Source: Paragordius varius (Eukaryota > Animalia > Nematomorpha). Taken from it: DNA of 64,000 nucleotides. The notes under the pieces are model-generated. The model had not been told where the DNA came from. It made no database searches and saw nothing but the letters and a program-made list of their open reading frames with translations. The position numbers and the translations under genes are program-made. The stretch covers positions 3,782,001 through 3,846,000 of the forward strand of contig OZ176053.1 of assembly GCA_964247055.1 (NCBI GenBank). Direction: 5' to 3'. Shown one piece after another: positions 10,958 through 23,400 of this stretch. Numbering within the stretch: the stretch's first letter is position 1; every line of letters starts with the position of its first letter.

Positions 10958-11542
10958 ATATGACCTGGATCAAGCGTTGGCCAGACATGAATTAATACAT
11001 TCAATAAACATTATGATAAATTATTTAATAGTAAGATGTATGGGCTGTAAAACACGTTTGGGGAAGAAAGCCCTTCTTCCAAAGTGAAACTTATTTACTT
11101 ATATTGATAAGCCATAAGTGACTAACCACTTTTTAGAATTGGCACACGTTGTTCACTATCTAGTGTAAAAATCGGGTTTTTTGAAAAAATGGAATTCCTA
11201 AAAATTTGAAGTAGGAAGACGTTCCCGAAACAATCACATAGTGTGAGTTTATTTATTTAATGTTATACAATGCGACGATAGTCAATAAGCCTTTTTTGAT
11301 TAAGTCCCTCTATTTAACCAAACCTAGTGTGACAACAGGAGCTTTAAAATATTATTGCCGATGACAAAATATGAAAAACGCGAGGCTTTTACATATAAAT
11401 ACGCCCATGGTAACTTAACCACTTTTTAAATTACCCTCTCAATCAACACCACTCGTGTAAACATTTTAGCAAATATTGATTTGGAACACGTTTCCGAAAA
11501 ACAAAGCTTATTCAATATTTACAATATTTTTTTAATATTTAA

Positions 11543-12121
11543 CACTTCGATTCAAATTGGGGTATCTAAATACCCCAGACTAAATTTGAATTAGCATTTT
11601 TAAAAAACTACTGAAGGAAACGGTCCCAATTTAATTTATGCTTCTATCCTAATACAAATTATATAAATATGTTAAAATATCTAAATAAAATTTTGTTTTG
11701 AAAAAAAAGTTCCATGTCAAATTACTTCGACGCCATTTTTATTTTAGAAACCTTTTGCAAAATATCGTCCTCATTTAATTTTGTGGGTAAAATTAAAGCT
11801 AATTTTTTATATAAATTACATCTAACATTGATAGAAATAGAAAAAGCGGTTTATTTTGTATTCTTTTTTAATTTTACAATTTGACACATGTCACGTTGAC
11901 GAAATTTTTGCCTTTCGGTTTTAGCTTGAAATAAGTAATATCAAGTATTTTTGAATAAAATTTTTTATATATTTCGGTTTATTAGTTATATAAGTGCAAA
12001 ATTTTGCCATGGTTTCGATTCCTTCCATACTTTTTAAAGTATTAAATTTTAAACAGGCCTAAGGTATTTAACTACCCCAATTTGAATCGAAGGACTAAAA
12101 TGAATGTATTGTATCCAAGTG
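11543..12121 (+). mobile_element. piggyBac-like MITE, family A (579 bp)
   Basis: TTAA-CACTTCGATTCAAATTGGGGTAT...TTGTATCCAAGTG-TTAA; perfect TTAA at 11539-11542 and 12122-12125. Confidence 0.9.
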
Positions 12122-12317
12122 TTAATGAATGTGCCGACGGGACGGGGCCACTTTTATATTAGCCTTTTATTTCCGAGCCGGCTATTCGAAATGTTTTTAA
12201 ACAATTGTTCGCTTTTGAATATATTCAGGTGAGAGGCCTAACTTGCATTTCTGGCGCCCAGTGCATAAATCTGTGATGGCGCCCCCTCCCCATACATGCA
12301 ACAACTCCTTGCATTAA

Positions 12318-12877
12318 CACTTCGATTCAAATTGGGGTATCTAAATACCCCTGACTTAATTTAAGTTGGGATTTTTAAAAAAATACTAAGGGAAACGGTC
12401 CCAATTTAAAATGCTTCTATCCTGATAAGCCTTATATAAATATGCCAAAATATATCAATAAAATTTTGTTTTGAAAAAAAAGTTTCATCTCAAACTACTT
12501 CGACGCCATTTTTATTTTACAAAATTTTTCCAAAATATCGTCTTCATTTAATTTTAAGGGTAAAACTAAAGCTAAATTTTATACATCTAACATTGATAGA
12601 AATAGAAAAAGCGGTTGTATTATGTTTTAATTTTACTATTTGACACATGTCACGTTGACGAAATTTTTACCTTTCGGTTCCAGCTAAATATATTTAATAT
12701 CAAATATTTTTGAGTTTTTTATATATTTAGGTTAATTAATGTTATATAAGTGCAAAATTTTGCCATGGTTTCGATTCCTTCCATACTTTTTAAAGTATTT
12801 GATTTTAAACAGGCCTGGGGTATCCAACTACCCCAATTTGAATCGAAGGACCAAAATTAATGTATTGTATCCAAGTG
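12318..12877 (+). mobile_element. piggyBac-like MITE, family A (560 bp)
   Basis: TTAA at 12314-12317 and 12878-12881; same termini and internal sequence as 11543-12121. Confidence 0.9.
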
Positions 12878-13014
12878 TTAAAATCATATTCAAATGGTAA
12901 GAGGGATCTTAAATATTATTAATACTAAAAGAGATTGAAAATCATGACCACTAATAAATAGGTGATGTTTTATGTATTCATTATAAAAATAGCTTTTGAA
13001 TATATATTTAAAAT

Positions 13015-13076
13015 CCGACGCCCCTTTACCTATGGCGCTAGCAGCATCAGCCCCCTTCCCCCTATCTACGACACTA
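13015..13076 (-). mobile_element. Possible terminal fragment of a GC-rich hAT-like non-autonomous element
   Basis: The reverse complement starts TAGTGTCGTAGATAGGGGGAAGGGGG, resembling CAGTGGCGTA(G)..GGGGG ends of hAT-type MITEs. No partner end or TSD found. Confidence 0.25.
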
Positions 13077-13228
13077 AATCAGGTTGGCGGAGCTGCTGTT
13101 TCAAATTAGTACCCCTAATTAGCTGCTTCTTTAGCTCGTTACCTTTTGGAGTAGTTTAACACGATTAAAATCTAAAGGTCATAAAAAGTACTCAAGGTAT
13201 TTCCAAGTTAAAAAACACGCTCTATTAA

Positions 13229-13799
13229 CACTTCGATTCAAATTGGGGTATCTAACCCCATACTACATCTGAGTTAGGATTTTTAAAAAACTACTGAGTG
13301 AAACGGTCCCAATTTAATTTATGTTCTATCCTAATAAAAATTATATAAATATGCCAAAATATATCAATAAAATTTTGTTTTGAAAAAAAAGTTCCATGTC
13401 AAACTACTTCGACGCCATTTTTATTTCATAAGATTTTTGCAAAATATTGTCTTCATTTAGTGTTAAGGGTAAAATTAAAGCTAATTTTTTATTTAAATTA
13501 CATTTAACATTGATATAAATGGAAAAAGCGGTTTATTTTGTATTATTTTTCAATTTTATATTGCACACATGTCACATTAACCAAATTTTTACCTCTCGAT
13601 TTTAGCTCAAAATAAGTTATTAAGTATTTTTGATAAAAAAATTTTTTGTATTCCGGTTTATTAATGATATATAAGTGCAAAATTTTGCCATGGTTTCGAT
13701 TCCTTCTATATTTTTTAAATTTAATTTTAAACAGGTCTGGGGTATTTAACTACCCCAATTCATATCGAAGGAATAAAATAAATGTTTTGTATCCAAGTG
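13229..13799 (+). mobile_element. piggyBac-like MITE, family A (571 bp)
   Basis: TTAA at 13225-13228 and 13800-13803; same termini and internal sequence as the other copies. Confidence 0.9.
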
Positions 13800-14132
13800 T
13801 TAAGCTTTTTAAGGGCCTGATTTTTTTTGTTTGCAAATTAAAATTGTGAAAAAATCGTCGTATGAACCCTTTCGCCTCCATTTTTTTCTATGGATTTTTT
13901 ATTGCATTACACAACTAATTATAAATGTTATTATGGGTAAAAAACTTAATAAAAATGTTTCAAATTAGATTTTACCAGCAAATTCTTGATCGTTATGGAT
14001 TTAAAAATCAGATGTTTGTTTTAAACATTTTAAAGCTATTATATGGAACGCTTGAAGTTAATAAACTGTAAAAAGGCCTATGTCTATTACAGGAAAACAA
14101 TATATACAATTTTCATAAAAAATATCGTGTTG

Positions 14133-14134
<2 letters not shown>

Positions 14135-14196
<62 letters not shown>
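14135..14196. repeat. (AT)31 microsatellite
   Basis: Perfect AT dinucleotide run of 62 bp. Confidence 0.95.
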
Positions 14197-14198
<2 letters not shown>

Positions 14199-14389
14199 TG
14201 ATAAATGTTTCAGAATTATCATGGTCGTTTTGGCCCTAACGCGTAAGAAATTTATTTACTTTTAGGGTAAGTGATTCATATCAGAACATCGCAAAACTTG
14301 CGCACATATTTTATAAAATTACTTTGGTGTAAGCTAAACGCTCTATTCCAAAAATATCACTAAACTATATCATTAAAAAGCAAAGTAAT

Positions 14390-14717
14390 TGTTAATTGGT
14401 TATAACCTTAAGTTATATTATTAATTTATTATATAATTTATATGATATTGTATGTACAAGTATTCTAATTATAGTTGCCAACTTTAACCTTAAGTTAAAT
14501 TATACGACATTGTATTTAATAAGTAATCTAATGACTATTATATATATGGATATTTTATATGACATTGTATTTGATACAAATAGTATTCTAATTTATTATT
14601 GTAATTTATCCTTGCTAAAATATATAAATACACCTATACCAACACTGAGCAATCAGTTAATAAATGTACTTAATTTGAGTTATTAATTCATATGTCGTCT
14701 CTATTCTAAACGCATTA
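14390..14717 (+). repeat. 5' LTR (328 bp), TGTTA...CATTA
   Basis: Matches 18519-18850 except for two 2-bp indels and one C/T substitution seen by eye. TATA-like TATATAAATA at 14621-14630; AATAAA at 14659-14664. Confidence 0.95.
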
Positions 14718-14718
14718 T

Positions 14719-14732
14719 TGGTACCGTTAATG
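14719..14732 (+). promoter_or_regulatory. Putative primer-binding site TGGTACCGTTAATG
   Basis: TGG begins 1 nt after the 5' LTR, as expected for complementarity to a tRNA CCA end. The cognate tRNA was not identified. Confidence 0.55.
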
Positions 14733-17700
14733 GACGAAATTTCCAAAATCAGTATTAACGAATACGATCCAAACACTAATTTTAAACAATACTTAAAGCA
14801 CGTGAATCGTATCTTAATCGCTAAAAACATTAATCCAAATGATGAAATATTAAAAAACTTATTCCTGGCCTATGCAGGACTACGCACAATCTCTAAACTG
14901 GAAAACCAAGCGTTTCCTACGAAAATAGAGGAGATGACATGGGCTCAAATTCAAAAATTGGCAATGCAAATCTTTGCCCCGGACAAAAGCATATGGCTGA
15001 GTCGTGAAGAATTCTTTAAAACAACCAGACAAGAAGGCGAACCAATCATGAGTTATATGGAAAGATTAAAAGTACTAGCTGACGATTGTGATTTTGAAGG
15101 CAATATCTCATACTTATTAAGAGATGTTTTCTTGATAGGACTAAATATGCTAATCCTAGAACGGGAATTACATATAAGATTCCCCACGGGTCAAAATGAA
15201 GGCGAACCAGTGTTACAAATGGTAATTGATATGGCGCATTCCCTCGAAGTGATTGAACCGAAGGTGCTGAAAATCCGCCAAGAAAGAACCATACACCAAA
15301 GAGACTGCCAAAGATGTGGGAAATGTCATGCAATCGATAAATGCAGTGCAAAGAGTCAACGATGCTATAAGTGCGGAAAATACAACCATTTTGCAAAGTA
15401 TTGCCGAACCAAATATCCCACCAAACCAGGTATTCGGGCAGTGACAAATTCAACGGGGATGGGCCCAACGATAACAGTGCAACTTAACGGAATAGAAACA
15501 TCAATGTTGTTTGACACCGGTGCGGATGTGACAGTTATCAATGAGAGATACTGGAAATCAACAGGACAACCACGACTGGAGGTAGGACAAAGACTATCCA
15601 CATACAATAATGAAACTATCCCAACCATGGGTAAAACAGAATTGCGCGTAACAATAAACGGTATGACAAAAACCCTTGAATGTTTTGTAACCGAGGGAGA
15701 TCGGCCATTAATTTTTGGTCTCCCTTGGATCCGTGCATTTGCTTTAAATTTACCAGATAATGTGATGATCAATAATATAACTAATAAATCTATATATAAC
15801 CAGTATAATAGGTTGTTCTCGGACGGGTTAGGCTGTCTTAAGGATATGGAGGTATCGATTGCGATAAAAAATAATGCAACACCCAAAATATACCCCTGCA
15901 AGAGAGTTCCCCTACCCCTCCAAGAACGTGTGGAAAAGGAACTAGATAGATTGATAAACCTAGGTATCTTGAGAAAAATTGACCCAAATAGGGAGCGAAT
16001 ATCGTGGGCCACACCAACAGTAAATATATTAAAACCAAATGGCCAAAAAGGATATGTGCGGATTTTCGAATCAGCCTCAATCCTCATTTGCTACCCGATT
16101 CCCACGTAATCCCCACCTTTGATGAACTAATCTCAAGAACAGCTCAAGGGACAGTTTTTACGTCACTAGACCTGAAGGATGCTTACCTGCAAATTCCCAT
16201 AAAACAATCATCACAACCACTACTGACCATAACTACCCATCAAGGTTTTTATTGTTACCAACGACTTCCATTTGGGTTGACTACGGCCCCTCATATATTT
16301 CAACGAATCATGGATAATTTGATTGGTGATATACCAGGTATATGTATCTATTTAGATGACATATTAATATCAGGTAAAACAAGAACCGAACATGACGCCA
16401 CATTGACCAGGGTATTGCAACGATTGGAAGCTGCAGGGTTGAAACTGAGCAGAGACAAATTGCAACTTGCCGTTTCATCTGTCAATTACATGGGATATGA
16501 ATTTCAAAGAATGGAATTCGTCCCACCAATGACAAAATTCAAGCTTTGATCAATTGTCCGAGACCCACCAATAAGACAGAACTAAGATCATTTTTAGGAC
16601 TGCTAAACTTTCATGAACGATTCATACCAAATCTCCATCAAGCGATATGCAACCTCCACAGAAACACAGGTTCAATTAGACCATGGGCCTGGACCGAGAT
16701 AGAAGAAGAGGAGTTCCAATCCGCAAAACAACTAAATAAATTACAATACATTAATACCGTTTAACCCAAATTGGCCAATACTAATAGAAACAGACGCATC
16801 AAACAAGGGATTTGGAGCGATCTTACTACATATTACCCCGGAATGAAAGCGTCCCATATCATACGCTTCACGCAAATGCACCGATGCCGAAACCAATTAT
16901 TCAACAATAGAGAAAGAAGCAAAAGCTATCACGTATGCTATAGAAAAATTTAAACCATTTATATATGGTAGAAAATTCAAAATTATAACCGACCACAAAC
17001 CACTAATCGGGTTATTTGGTCGAACTCGAAATTTACAAAATATTAATAATGCTAAACTTCTTAGATGGATCTATAAAACATCGGGATACGACTATGAAAT
17101 CGAATATAAAAAAGGGCAAAACAACTTAGCCGACGCTCTATCCAGATTACCAAATAATGATAATACCATGGAGGTGCATAATGAAGATGATGAGGTATCA
17201 CACACGGTAAAATTTTTAACTATGAATAAATTTAATCTAAGTAAAGAGTTAGTGGAGGAGGAGATAAGGTTAGATCCATTGGCAAACAAACTTAAATCAG
17301 CAATAAGAACAAATGATTGGAGTGATCCAAGTATAAAGGAATTTCTGAAAGTAAAAAATGAGATTCAAATATACTATAATCTTTTATTTGTAAATGACAG
17401 ATTACTAATACCTACATCCTTGCAGCGGGACGTAATGAAATTCCTACATACTGGACATAACGGAGCGCAATCGATGAAACAACAAGCAAGACAATCCATA
17501 TATTGGCCAAACTTAGAAAAAGATTTAGAAAATTTTGTAGAAATATGTGAACCGTGTCAAAGAAACAAGCCTAATATAAAGGAAAATCCAAAGTGGAAAT
17601 GGAATTTCAACACCGCGTTGTGGGAGAGAATTCACATCGACATAGCCGGCCCCATAGATGGTTATTTTTGGTTAGTTACCATTGATAGCGCTTCAAGATG

Positions 17701-18518
17701 GGTTGAGGTGGATCTACTCAAATCGATAACCTCACAACAATTATTGAATTGTTCAGAAAAACACATGGCCAGAGGTTTTCCGAGACAGATAGTCACTGAT
17801 AATGGGCCATACTTTACATCCCATGAATTCAGAAGTACCTTACATAATCTTAATATAAAACATTTTAGTGAGTCCATACCATCCCAAGTCCAATGGATTG
17901 GTTGAAAGTATTGCAACCCTCAAATTCAGATATAGAGCTACGAAAACGCAAACAATGCATGCCCACGAGGCAATCAACACGATTTTATATGGCTATCGAA
18001 ATTCAACACACAGTGCCATCATGAATACACCATCACAAGTCTTTCTGAAGAGACACCCAAATGGTCCGATGTCATGGCTAAAAACACAAACAACTGAGTT
18101 TATCGATAATGAAATAGAACCGACTCGCCAGTTTGTTCCAAGAGAGAAGGTTTTTATAAAAAATGAAATAGAAAAAGGATGGAGGGCAGGGGAAATATTA
18201 GAACGCCGGGGTCCATTATCATATATGGTAACAGACGAAACAGACAGAGTTCTTAGAAAACACGCTGATCAATTAAAACAAAGAATGGAATGTCCGAGAA
18301 CAACCACGCCAGCGCCCGAAACACCAATTAATTCCGAAGAATATACCTCTACTCCACCAGATCTCGAAGCCATAAACAATAATATACAACCATCGCCGAT
18401 AGGCATAACCACACAGGATAATAACGTAGCTCCAACAACGAATATAGACATGCCTAAACCCAGGTACCCACAACGCCAGCGAAAACCCCCAGACCGCTTT
18501 ACTATAGGGGGAAGATAA
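14730..18518 (+). pseudogene. gag-pol polyprotein, broken by four frameshifts and one in-frame TGA
   Basis: Gag zinc knuckles CQRCGKCHAIDKC and CYKCGKYNHFAKYC; protease LFDTGADVTVI; RT RICADFR, LDLKDAY, YLDDIL; RNase H ETDAS, YSTIEKEAKAI, TDHKPL, ADALSR; integrase HTGH..CEPC, IHIDIAGP, VTDNGPYF, SPYHPKSNGLVE. Frame breaks near 16046, 16501, 16735 and 17860; TGA at 16844-16846. Confidence 0.93.
18506..18515 (+). promoter_or_regulatory. Polypurine tract AGGGGGAAGA
   Basis: Ends 3 nt upstream of the 3' LTR start. Confidence 0.8.
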
Positions 18519-18850
18519 TGTTAATTGGTTATAACCTTAAGTTATATTATTATTATTTATTATATAATTTATATGACATTGTATGTACAAGTATTCTAAT
18601 TATAGTTGCCAACTTTATAACCTTAAGTTAAATTATACGACATTGTATTTAATAAGTAATCTAATGACTATTATATATATGGATATTTTATATGACATTG
18701 TATTTGATACAAATAGTATTCTAATTTATTATTGTAATTTATCCTTGCTAAAATATATAAATACACCTATACCAACACTGAGCAATCAGTTAATAAATGT
18801 ACTTAATTTGAGTTATTAATTCATATGTCGTCTCTATTCTAAACGCATTA
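18519..18850 (+). repeat. 3' LTR (332 bp)
   Basis: Direct repeat of 14390-14717, followed immediately by the TSD GTAAT. Confidence 0.95.
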
Positions 18851-18886
18851 GTAATATTTTTTAATAAATTTAATTTTAGATGTAAG

Positions 18887-19443
18887 CTCCGAAGGTAAAA
18901 TTTTTAGCACTTCTAAAATGGGCTACTTCTCCTAAAATAAACGCAACAATGCCGAGATTGCCTAATAAAAAATTCAAATATACTGTAAATTTATACACAA
19001 AAAAATATTTTTGTGGATACTTTTTCCTAATAATGTTTTGCAAAATTTTGTTGAAGCATAAGACTATTTTGAAGCATGATGATGGAAATGGTAAAAGAAC
19101 GCTTTAAAATATTATAATTTTTTTTTACATAATTCGATAATTCTAAACATTTACCTCAGAATTCGGATTAAATATTCGTTCGTCTTCAAATTGATGTTAA
19201 ATAAATTGTGATTTTTTTGAAAAAAATCAAAGCAAACAAACCTTTAAAATAAAATTCTGAAATAGAAATTTCAGCATTTTATAATTATATAAAACCGTTT
19301 CCATCATCCTCAAAATATGAAGTACGCTCATCAAAGTTTTTCTAAAGCATATAATCAAAATGTTTATCGCGCAATGTCGGAATATTTGCGTTTATTTTAA
19401 GAGAATTAGCCCATTTAAAGTGGAAAAATTTGTACCTTCAGAG
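18887..19443. mobile_element. Foldback/MITE family B (557 bp) with long imperfect inverted arms
   Basis: CTCCGAAGGTAAAATTTTT..AAATGGGCTA..TAAAATAAACGCAA at the left is the imperfect reverse complement of TTGCGTTTATTTTAAGAGAATTAGCCCATTT..AAAATTTGTACCTTCAGAG at the right. Inner match GATGATGGAAA (~19078) vs TTTCCATCATC (~19298). TA follows the right end; the left flank is not a clean TSD. Confidence 0.7.
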
Positions 19444-19891
19444 TACCATCTAAAATTAAAATTTTTTAAAAATATTATTTTGCATTTAAGTTCATCATAT
19501 ACTTTAGTAATATTTTTTGGACTAAAGCTCACCAAAAATATTTTTTGACTTGACTTGCAAGTTTTTATCATGACTTGCTTTCATGTGATAAAATATTTAA
19601 CATTAGACGACGTAGAATTGATTCGGATAATAAAAAACCATATGATCAAGTAAAACGATTTGGCAAGTGTGGTATGTGGGGCACACTTACCAGATTTAAA
19701 AACATGGATAAAATTATTTTGGAAACGATTTATATAAAATTTAGGTTTTATATGTAATTAAATTGCTAATGCTATAAACTGTTTTGATAATTTTTGCATA
19801 ATTAACTACTTAAAATTGGGTGGATACATAAGAGAATAAATTTTTAAAAAAACTAAGAACAATGCAAATAAAAATATGCTAAATTTAACAG

Positions 19892-20417
19892 CGTGAACAC
19901 GCAAAAAATTTGATTCACCAAGATATATTAAAAGTAATATTTTTTAATTTTGTTTAAAATTTTCAAATCTTCGTTTAAGAATAAACGCTAAAGGTTACCT
20001 CGCCATCAAAACATGTAAGGAGTTTTTTAATCATAAATTTATTTCAATTGTAATGTTGATAATTAATTAAAAATATATGTTATATTGTAAAAAGATTACT
20101 AACAAAATGACTCGTGTGGTAAAAAATAGAATGTTTTAATTGTGAATGATTTCATGAATTTATAATTTTTAGTTACCGGGCTCAATATTTAGAAATATTA
20201 ATAATATTAAATAAGATGCGTGCCATTGAGTTTAAAAAACTTCAATTAATGCATATAGTATTGATTGTTTATCTTTTTGAAACTTAATTTATAAATTTTG
20301 GACGAATATGATCAAAATGATTTCCGTAAATTTAGAATTGGGTGGCAAAAACAGTTACATTCATACGCAAAAGACATACTTCCTGATCTTCAAGCGTACA
20401 CTTACTGGACTAAGTAA
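19892..20417 (+). CDS. Putative spliced gene of unknown function ending at the satellite boundary
   Basis: Phase-consistent GT-AG chain by hand: 19892-19933 (REHAKNLIHQDILK), 19994-20014, 20095-20132, 20173-20257 (YRAQYLEILIILNKMRAIEFKKLQLMHI). The last exon ends either at TGA 20386 or, in another frame, at TAA 20417. Possible further exons at ~19610-19745. No homology recognised. Confidence 0.3.
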
Positions 20418-20420
20418 ACT

Positions 20421-23400
20421 CATATATCTTTAATAATCAAATTATATTAATCATGATTATATGGGTAATTATAACAATCAACCATACATATTTAACAATC
20501 AAATTATATTAACCATGATTTTATGGGTAATTACAACAATCAACCATACATATTTAACAATCAAATTATATTAACCATGATTATATAGGTAATTACAACA
20601 ATCAACCATACATATTTAACAATCAAATTATATTAACCATGATTGTATGGGTAATTACAACAATCAACCATACATATTTAACAATCAAATTATATTAACC
20701 ATGATTGTATGGCTAATTACAACAATCAAATAAACATCTTTAACAATCAAATTATATTAACCAGGATTTTATTGGTAATTACAGCAATCAACCAATCATC
20801 TTTAACAATCAAATTATATTAACCATGATTGTATGGGTAATTACAACAATCAACCAAACATCTTTAACAATCAAATTATATTAATCATGATTGTAAGGGT
20901 AATTACAACAATACACCAAACATCTTTAACAAACAAATTATATTAACCATGATTGTATGGGTAATTACAAAAATCAACCAATCATCTTTAACAATCAAAT
21001 TATATTAACCATGATTGTATGGGTAATTACAACAATCAAATAAACATCTTTAACAATCAAATTATATTAACCATGATTGTAAGGGTAATTACAACAATCA
21101 ACCAAACATCTTTAACAATCAAATTATATTAACCATGATTGTATGGGTAATTACAACAATCAACCAATCATCTTTAACAATCAAATTATATTAACCATGA
21201 TTGTAAGGGTAATTACAACAATCAACCAAACATCTTTAACAATCAAATTATATTAACCATGATTGTATGGGTAATTACAACAATCAACCAATCATCTTTA
21301 ACAATCAAATTATATTAACCATGATTGTATGGGTAATTACAACAATCAACCAATCATCTTTAACATTCAAATTATATTAACCATGGATAACTACAACAAT
21401 CAACCAATCATCTTTAACAATCAAATTATATTAACCATGATTGTATGGATAACTACAACAATCAACCAAACATCTTTAACATTCAAATTATATTAACCAT
21501 GGATAACTACAACAATCAACCATACCTCTTACACAATCAAATTATATTAACCATGATTATATGGATAACTACAACAATCAACCAAACATCTTTAACATTC
21601 AAATTATAATAACCATGATTGTATAAGTAATTACAACAATCACCATACCTCTTTAACAATCAAATTATATTAACCATGATTGTATAAGTAATTACAACAA
21701 TCACCATACCTCTTTAACAATCAAATTATATTAACCAAGATTGTATAAGTAATTACAACAATCACCATACCTCTTTAACAATCAAATTATATTAACCATG
21801 ATTGTATGGGTAATTACAACAATCATCCATACCTCTTTAACAATCAAATTATATTAACCATGATTGTATGGGTAATTACAACAATCACCATACCTCTTTA
21901 ACAATCAAATTATATTAACCATGATTGTATGGGTAATTACAACAATCATCCATACCTCTTTAACAATCAAATTATATTAACCATGATTGTATGGGTAATT
22001 ACAACAATCATCCATACCTCTTTAACAATCAAATTATATTAACCATGATTGTATGGGTAATTACAACAATCAACCATACCTCTTTAACAATAAAATTATA
22101 TTAACCATGATTGTATGGAATTACAACAATCAACCATACCTCTTTAACAATAAAATTATATTAACCATAAATGTATGGGTAATTACAACAATCAACCATA
22201 TCTCTTACACAATCAAATTATATTAACCATGATTGTATGGGTAATCACAACAATCAACCATACCTCTTTAACAATCAAATTATATTAACCATGATTGTAT
22301 GGGTAATTACAACAATCATCCATACCTCTTTAACAATCAAATTATATTAACCATGATTGTATAAGTAATTACAACAATCAACCATACCTCTTTAACAATC
22401 AAATTATATTAACCATGATTGTATGGGTAATTACAACAATCATCCATACCTCTTTAACAATCAAATTATATTAACCATGATTGTATGGGTAATTACAACA
22501 ATCATCCATATCTCTTTAACAATCAAATTATATTAACCATGATTGTATGGGTAATTACAACAATCATCCATACCTCTTTAACAATCAAATTATATTAACC
22601 ATGATTGTATAAGTAATTACAACAATCAAACATACCTCTTTAACAATAAAATTATATTAACCATGATTGTATGGGTAATTACAACAATCAACCATACCTC
22701 TTTACCAATCAAATTATATTAACCATGATTGTATGGGTAATTACAACAATCAACCATACCTCTTTAACAATAAAATTATATTAACCATGATTGTATAAGT
22801 AATTACAACAATCACCATACCTCTTTAACAATCAAATTATATTAACCATGATTGTATAAGTAATTACAACAATCACCATACCTCTTTAACAATCAAATTA
22901 TATTAACCATGATTGTATGGGTAATTACAACAATCAACCATACCTCTTTAACAATAAAATTATTTTAAGCATGATTGTATGGGTAATTACAACAATCATC
23001 CATACCTCTTTAACAATCAAATTATATTAACCATGATTGTATGGGTAATTACAACAATCAACCATACCTCTTTAACAATAAAATTATATTAACCATGAAT
23101 GTATGGGTAATTACAACAATCAACCATATCTCTTACACAATCAAATTATATTAACCATGATTGTATGGAATTACAACAATCAACCATACCTCTTTAACAA
23201 TAAAATTATTTTAACCATGAATGTTTGGGTAATTACAACAATCAACCTCTTTAACAATCAAATTATATTAACCATGATTGTATGGGTAATTACAACAATC
23301 ACCATACCTCTTACACAATCAAATTATATTAACCATGATTGTATGGGTAATTACAACAATCAACCATACCTCTTTAACAATCAAATTATATTAACCATGA

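Larger units (their letters stand above)
14390..18850 (+). mobile_element. Full-length Ty3/gypsy (Mag-like) LTR retrotransposon, 4,461 bp, coding region disrupted
   Basis: Two near-identical LTRs, 5-bp TSD GTAAT (14385-14389 and 18851-18855), PBS-like TGG after the 5' LTR, PPT before the 3' LTR, domain order gag-PR-RT-RH-IN (gypsy order). Confidence 0.97.

Noticed and set aside
12126-12313. GC-enriched spacer with two TGGCGCCC motifs between MITE copies; tRNA or SINE considered
   Set aside because: No A/B boxes or cloverleaf; probably a decayed transposon remnant but unassignable.
14396-14686. ORFs inside the LTRs (also 18583-18819)
   Set aside because: AT-rich LTR sequence with biased I/L/Y/N composition; not credible proteins.
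16040-16110. Programmed gag/pol ribosomal frameshift
   Set aside because: The break falls inside the RT motif (KPNG-x-IRICAD), after the protease, and three more breaks follow. It is a lesion or sequencing error.
16844-16846. Alternative genetic code (TGA = Trp), prompted by in-frame TGAs in RNase H and at the R3H gene end
   Set aside because: The five conserved Trp codons checked in TRAPPC5 and CCNY are all TGG despite the AT-rich genome, and both genes end in TAA at the expected positions.
15046-18473. Antisense ORFs over the retrotransposon (15046-15468, 15365-16087, 15838-16080, 17092-17289, 17662-17916, 18269-18473)
   Set aside because: Shadow frames of gag-pol with no recognisable motifs.
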